From: a bacterium
GTDB lineage: Bacteria; RBG-13-61-14; DATKZS01
Direction of reading: 5' to 3'
Assembly (NCBI GenBank): GCA_963674965.2
Contig: CAXXFL010000005.1
Location: forward strand, 704,001-768,000
DNA: 64,000 nt
Part shown: positions 60,087 to 64,000 of the stretch, in pieces
Layout of the letters: each line of letters opens with the position of its first letter
How positions within the stretch are numbered: position 1 is the stretch's first letter
Translations under genes and position numbers: made by a program
The notes under the pieces: model-generated
What the model was told of the DNA's origin: nothing
Seen by the model: the letters and a program-made list of their open reading frames with translations, nothing else
The model's database searches: none

Positions 60087-60875
60087 ATGTACGCTGGAAT
60101 AGACATCGGGTCTCTCACGGCCGAGGCCCTGCTGATAGGGGACGGCGGCATTGTCGGGCATGAGATAATGTCGGTCTTGCCCAACCCGGTTGACTCGGCG
60201 CGGGAGGTAATGGGCCGTCTGCTTAAAGGCAAGGGCCTTGACTGGAAGGACATTGAATATTCGGTCAGCACGGGCTACGGCCGGGAAAAAATCCAGAAGG
60301 AGGGGCTGGCCCAGGAGAACCTCTCCGAGATATCCTGCCACGGCTTCGGGGCCTTCAACCTGGACCGCCAGGTGAGAACGATCGTCGACATCGGGGGCCA
60401 GGACGCCAAGGTGATCAAGGTGGACGGGAAGGGCAAGCTCGAGAACTTCGTCATGAACGACAAGTGCGCCGCCGGCACGGGCCATTTTCTCGAGGCCATG
60501 AGCAGGGCTCTGGACGTGGGTCTCGCCGAGCTCGGCCCGCTGGCCCTGAGGTCGAAAAAGCCCCTCGAGATGAGCAACCGCTGCACCATCTACGTCGAGA
60601 CCGAGGTGATCCATTATCTGCAACGCGGGGCGGCCCGGGAGGACGTGGCGGCGGGCATCACCCAGGCCATGGCCGAGCGGGTGGTGTCCCTGGCCAAGCG
60701 GGTTGTCCCCCAGAACCGGGTGATGATCACTGGAGGAGTGGCCAAGAACGAGGCGGTGAAAAAGGCGCTCGAGCGGGCCCTGGGCATGGCCATAGTCTAT
60801 CCGGGCCTTGATCCCCAGCTTATCGGGGCTTACGGCGCGGCCGTTTTCGCTCGCGGGAAGGGAGGCGGGTCATGA
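60087..60875 (+). CDS. ASKHA-type acyl-CoA dehydratase activase / reductase ATPase subunit 1
   Basis: GIDIGS, TGYGR, DIGGQD.K, MNDKCAAGTG.FLE, C..Y.ETE, TGGVA.N. Confidence 0.93.
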   Translation: MYAGIDIGSLTAEALLIGDGGIVGHEIMSVLPNPVDSAREVMGRLLKGKGLDWKDIEYSVSTGYGREKIQKEGLAQENLSEISCHGFGAFNLDRQVRTIVDIGGQDAKVIKVDGKGKLENFVMNDKCAAGTGHFLEAMSRALDVGLAELGPLALRSKKPLEMSNRCTIYVETEVIHYLQRGAAREDVAAGITQAMAERVVSLAKRVVPQNRVMITGGVAKNEAVKKALERALGMAIVYPGLDPQLIGAYGAAVFARGKGGGS

Positions 60876-61642
60876 TCACCCTTGGCCTCGATATCGGAAG
60901 CCTTTTCTCCAAGGCCGTCGTGCTCGACGGCGACGACATAATCGGCGAGAGGATGATTCCCACCACCGGCAACGTGGCCCGCGAAATCCCGACCCTCATG
61001 GCGGACGCGATCAAGGCCGCTGGACTTACTCGGGACCGGATCGAGTGCGTGGGCGCCACGGGCAACGGCCAGGACCTGGTCAAAGGCGCCGATTTTCGGG
61101 AGGACGTGGTGAACTGCGTGGGCGCGGCCGCCGGGTTCTACGTGCCCCAAGCCGCGTCAGTGATCGACGTGGGCGGCCAGAGTATAACCTCGATCGCCCT
61201 GGACGAGGACGGTGAGGTGGTGAATTTCATGCGCAACGACAAATGCGCCTCCGGCTCGGGCCGGTTCCTCGAGATGATGGCGGCCAAGCTGGGCGTCGGC
61301 ATCGGGGAAATCGACGCCGCCGTCCGCCGGTCCTCCCGGGTGGTCGGGATCAGCAGCCAGTGCGGGGTCTTCGCCGAGAGCGAGGTCATAACCCACGTGA
61401 ACAACGGCGAGGACAAAAACGACGTCATGGCCGGCGTCTGCGCGTCGGTGGCCAAGATGGTGAGCGCCCAGGGAAGGCGGTTCGGCTCGTCCGGCGTCTA
61501 TACCGTCACCGGCGGCGTGGCCAACCTGGACGCCGTGACCCGGATCGTGCATGAAAAGCTGGGCGGCGAGTTCCAGCGCTTCCCCTTTAATCCCCAGTTC
61601 GCCGCGGCCATCGGTGCGGCCCTGTTGGGCGACGCGGACTGA
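60872..61642 (+). CDS. ASKHA-type activase / reductase ATPase subunit 2 (divergent motifs)
   Basis: GLDIGS, TGNG, DVGGQS, RNDKCASGSG.FLE, QCGVFAESE, TGGVA. Confidence 0.9.
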   Translation: MITLGLDIGSLFSKAVVLDGDDIIGERMIPTTGNVAREIPTLMADAIKAAGLTRDRIECVGATGNGQDLVKGADFREDVVNCVGAAAGFYVPQAASVIDVGGQSITSIALDEDGEVVNFMRNDKCASGSGRFLEMMAAKLGVGIGEIDAAVRRSSRVVGISSQCGVFAESEVITHVNNGEDKNDVMAGVCASVAKMVSAQGRRFGSSGVYTVTGGVANLDAVTRIVHEKLGGEFQRFPFNPQFAAAIGAALLGDAD

Positions 61643-61643
61643 G

Positions 61644-62357
61644 ATGGGTCTTTTCGACTCTCCCTTTTCACGGGTCCGGGACTTCATCCGGGAAAAAGAG
61701 GGGTCCGGCGAGCTAGTCCGACTTGAAATGGACGGCCGTCGCTCATGGCCCCGCGGCCAGGAACTGATCCTCGAGGACGAGACCGCCCTCGAATTGGGCC
61801 ATCCCGAAAAAGGGTCACTTTTTTTCCTCGCCTGGACGGAGAACGCCTCGGGTGAGGATGAAGTCATGCTGGTGGGACCGGACCTGCAAAAGATACCGGA
61901 CCGAAGCGCTCCCTTTGCCCTGGCCGTCCTCGTGAGCGGGCAATTCGAGGACGAGTACGACTGCTTCCGCGACCTGCGGGACGAGGTCTTCGATACCAGG
62001 CTGAGGGGCATGGCCTCGCGGGTCATGCCCAGCAGGCAAACCATATGGACGAGGGTCAAGCGGGACGCCCTGGAAAATGGAATGTCCCTTGCCCACCTTG
62101 GCGCGGCCATCATTGACAATCTCAGGGATTTCGAGTTCGTAAGCCGCGTCCAAACGCTGTTCGTTACCTCGGCCAAGGAGGACGTGGAGAAACTGGCGCC
62201 GGCGGCCCTCGAGTCGGACCGCATAGCCCGGGCCATGATCAAGATGACCGAGGAAATGAGCTACGACTGCGAGTCCTGCGAGTTTAGCGACGTATGTGAA
62301 GACGTGGCCGAACTGAAGCGCATACGCGCCAGGCTTGGAAAAGAGGGGCCGGCGTGA
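61644..62357 (+). CDS. Truncated acetyl-CoA synthase (AcsB/CdhC middle domain)-like protein
   Basis: ELG.P, V.LVGPDL, W.RV...A...G..L.HLG, then CESCEFSDVC; start ATG 61644. Confidence 0.65.
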   Translation: MGLFDSPFSRVRDFIREKEGSGELVRLEMDGRRSWPRGQELILEDETALELGHPEKGSLFFLAWTENASGEDEVMLVGPDLQKIPDRSAPFALAVLVSGQFEDEYDCFRDLRDEVFDTRLRGMASRVMPSRQTIWTRVKRDALENGMSLAHLGAAIIDNLRDFEFVSRVQTLFVTSAKEDVEKLAPAALESDRIARAMIKMTEEMSYDCESCEFSDVCEDVAELKRIRARLGKEGPA

Positions 62358-63109
62358 GGCGGACGGTGGTGGGCGTCTGCGGCAAGGGCGGCGTGGGCAA
62401 GACCACGGTCTCGGCCATTCTTGCCGCCGAGCTGGGACGGCGAAAGGAATACAAGTCGCTCGTGATCGACGCGGACCACGCGGCGGGACTTACCATGGCC
62501 CTGGCTTTAAATCCGGAGAGCACCATCAACCGGGCGCGCTCCGAGACCATCGCCGAGATCAAAGAGAAGCGGATGGACAAGAGCGAGTTGGCCATGGGTC
62601 TTGATTATCTTCTTTCCCGGGCCTTGGCCGAGCGGGACAACCTGGCGTTCCTTTCTCTGGGCCGCCCGGAGGAGGTGGGGTGTTATTGCTCGGTCAACTC
62701 ACTATTGCGGGAGGCCATCGAGGTCCTGGCCGGGGGTTTCGACTACGTGCTCATTGACGCCGAGGCCGGCATCGAGCAGGTCAACAGGAAGGTCATGAAG
62801 TCGGTAGATTACCTCCTTCTGGTTTCCGATTCCTCGGCCAAGGCGGTGCGGGTGGCCGAGACCATCCGGGAGGTGGCCGCCGGGACCGCGGGCCAGGGGA
62901 GGGCCGGGCTCCTGATCAACCGGATTAAGGACGAAAGCGAAGTCGCGGAGATTGCCGGGACCACTCGCCTCGAGGTGATCGGGTGGGTCCCCGAGGACGA
63001 GACGGTCAGGCGCCACGATTTCAAAAACCTTTCCTTTTTCGACCTGCCTTCCTGTCCGGCCTCCGAGGCGGTCATAGGCGCTCTAACCGGGGCGGGAGTA
63101 CTGGACTGA
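62354..63109 (+). CDS. cooC: CooC/AcsF-like Ni-insertion ATPase
   Basis: GKGGVGKTT, IDAD, GCYC..N, DAEAGIEQ.NR. Confidence 0.85.
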   Translation: MRRTVVGVCGKGGVGKTTVSAILAAELGRRKEYKSLVIDADHAAGLTMALALNPESTINRARSETIAEIKEKRMDKSELAMGLDYLLSRALAERDNLAFLSLGRPEEVGCYCSVNSLLREAIEVLAGGFDYVLIDAEAGIEQVNRKVMKSVDYLLLVSDSSAKAVRVAETIREVAAGTAGQGRAGLLINRIKDESEVAEIAGTTRLEVIGWVPEDETVRRHDFKNLSFFDLPSCPASEAVIGALTGAGVLD

Positions 63110-63125
63110 AGCGGACACGACTTTA

Positions 63126-64000
63126 TTATCCGATCCTGCCGTTTTCCGCCGGGCCGTAGAGGTTTTCGAACTCGCGTCGGCGCCCGTCTTCATCGACGGC
63201 GAAGCCCTCCAGCCGTCCGCATTTCTGGTAATACTTGAAAGGAAGGGGAGCCAGGTTCACCATCTTGCCGCCCTCGGGCGTGAAGCGCGCCTCGAGGCGT
63301 CCCGAGTTTTCGCGAAGCGTCCATGGCTTGTCCGGCGACCTCGGATCGTGGTCCCATTTGACCGCGTCCAGGAAGGAAATCTTTCCGTCTATCCAGAGGC
63401 AGTTCTCGTTCCAATACTCCTGGTCCCGAGCGTAATAGTCCACGGCGTTAAAGGCGATGGACCTTCCCTCGAGGGTCTTGCCCTCGCCCGTTCCCCAGGT
63501 CCACCTTCTCGGAATGGGCCAGAAGGCCCTGAACTCATCGAGGATCGCGAAGCGCTCATCGGCCGAGTACTCGACCTCCTCGCCTCCCACCCGGACGCGG
63601 CCATCAATGCCCATGACCGTTTTATGCGTGTAGATGTAATGGCGCGGATACAAGGGCATGCTGACCACCAGGGGCTGGAAGCTCTTCAGGTCCTGTTTGA
63701 GCTCGAGATCCATCTGCAGGGAGGGTTTGTTTTTCCCCGCGGGCATTTCGATATTTATCCGGTGGAGTCCATGGTCCAGGTCGTGAATGAACTCCAGGTG
63801 GAAGTTCTTTTGGGAGGAGTAGGTGCGGCCGTTCCACAGGGTCTCGGGAACGCCCGAGTTGCTCGAGTTTCCAACCGCGTCGTACGAGAAGTTATCGCCC
63901 GAGTCCATATCCAGGGCGTAGACGCTCGAGACGGACGCGGCCTTCAGGTCCATCATAATCATACCGAAGTACCATCTGGGGTGGGCAAAGCCGAAGCCGA
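63126..64000 (-). CDS. DUF2804-like protein, start lies beyond the right edge
   Basis: Frame stays open to the window end (GFGFAHPRWYFG...); YTHK, W.W, ENCLW.DG, PW....FTP motifs. Confidence 0.7.
   Translation of the reverse strand, partial: GFGFAHPRWYFGMIMMDLKAASVSSVYALDMDSGDNFSYDAVGNSSNSGVPETLWNGRTYSSQKNFHLEFIHDLDHGLHRINIEMPAGKNKPSLQMDLELKQDLKSFQPLVVSMPLYPRHYIYTHKTVMGIDGRVRVGGEEVEYSADERFAILDEFRAFWPIPRRWTWGTGEGKTLEGRSIAFNAVDYYARDQEYWNENCLWIDGKISFLDAVKWDHDPRSPDKPWTLRENSGRLEARFTPEGGKMVNLAPLPFKYYQKCGRLEGFAVDEDGRRREFENLYGPAENGRIG

Overview
A gene-dense, GC-rich (~60%+) bacterial chromosomal segment. Gene content and flagellar promoter types suggest a deltaproteobacterium-like anaerobe (inference, not verified). 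In order it holds: a truncated lipoprotein and small genes; nth plus a 7-gene MoxR/vWA/DUF4175 operon; ilvE-like, ispG, mutL and miaA; a hybrid histidine kinase; terC divergent from a Ni/Co ECF uptake operon with a candidate NikR operator; a nagB/GT-C/GH172/C39-like operon; a small accessory patch (GH75, ImmA pseudogene, LRR protein); a flagellin cassette (fliC-flaG-fliD-fliS-fliT-like) with sigma28 promoters; an HDOD gene and a sigma54-driven multi-domain glycosyltransferase; envelope-modification genes; and a benzoyl-CoA-reductase-like four-gene set followed by a truncated acetyl-CoA-synthase-like gene and a CooC-like ATPase. Three observations stand out. (1) A 186-bp MITE containing a REP-like doublet occurs twice; one copy split the 5' end of the LRR gene, and a substitution in its terminal repeat supplies a new in-frame ATG. 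(2) CTCGAG is strongly over-represented in all reading frames. (3) The reductase-like + mini-ACS + CooC operon. No rRNA, tRNA, CRISPR array or intact transposase was recognised. All family calls come from motif recognition by eye, not database searches.
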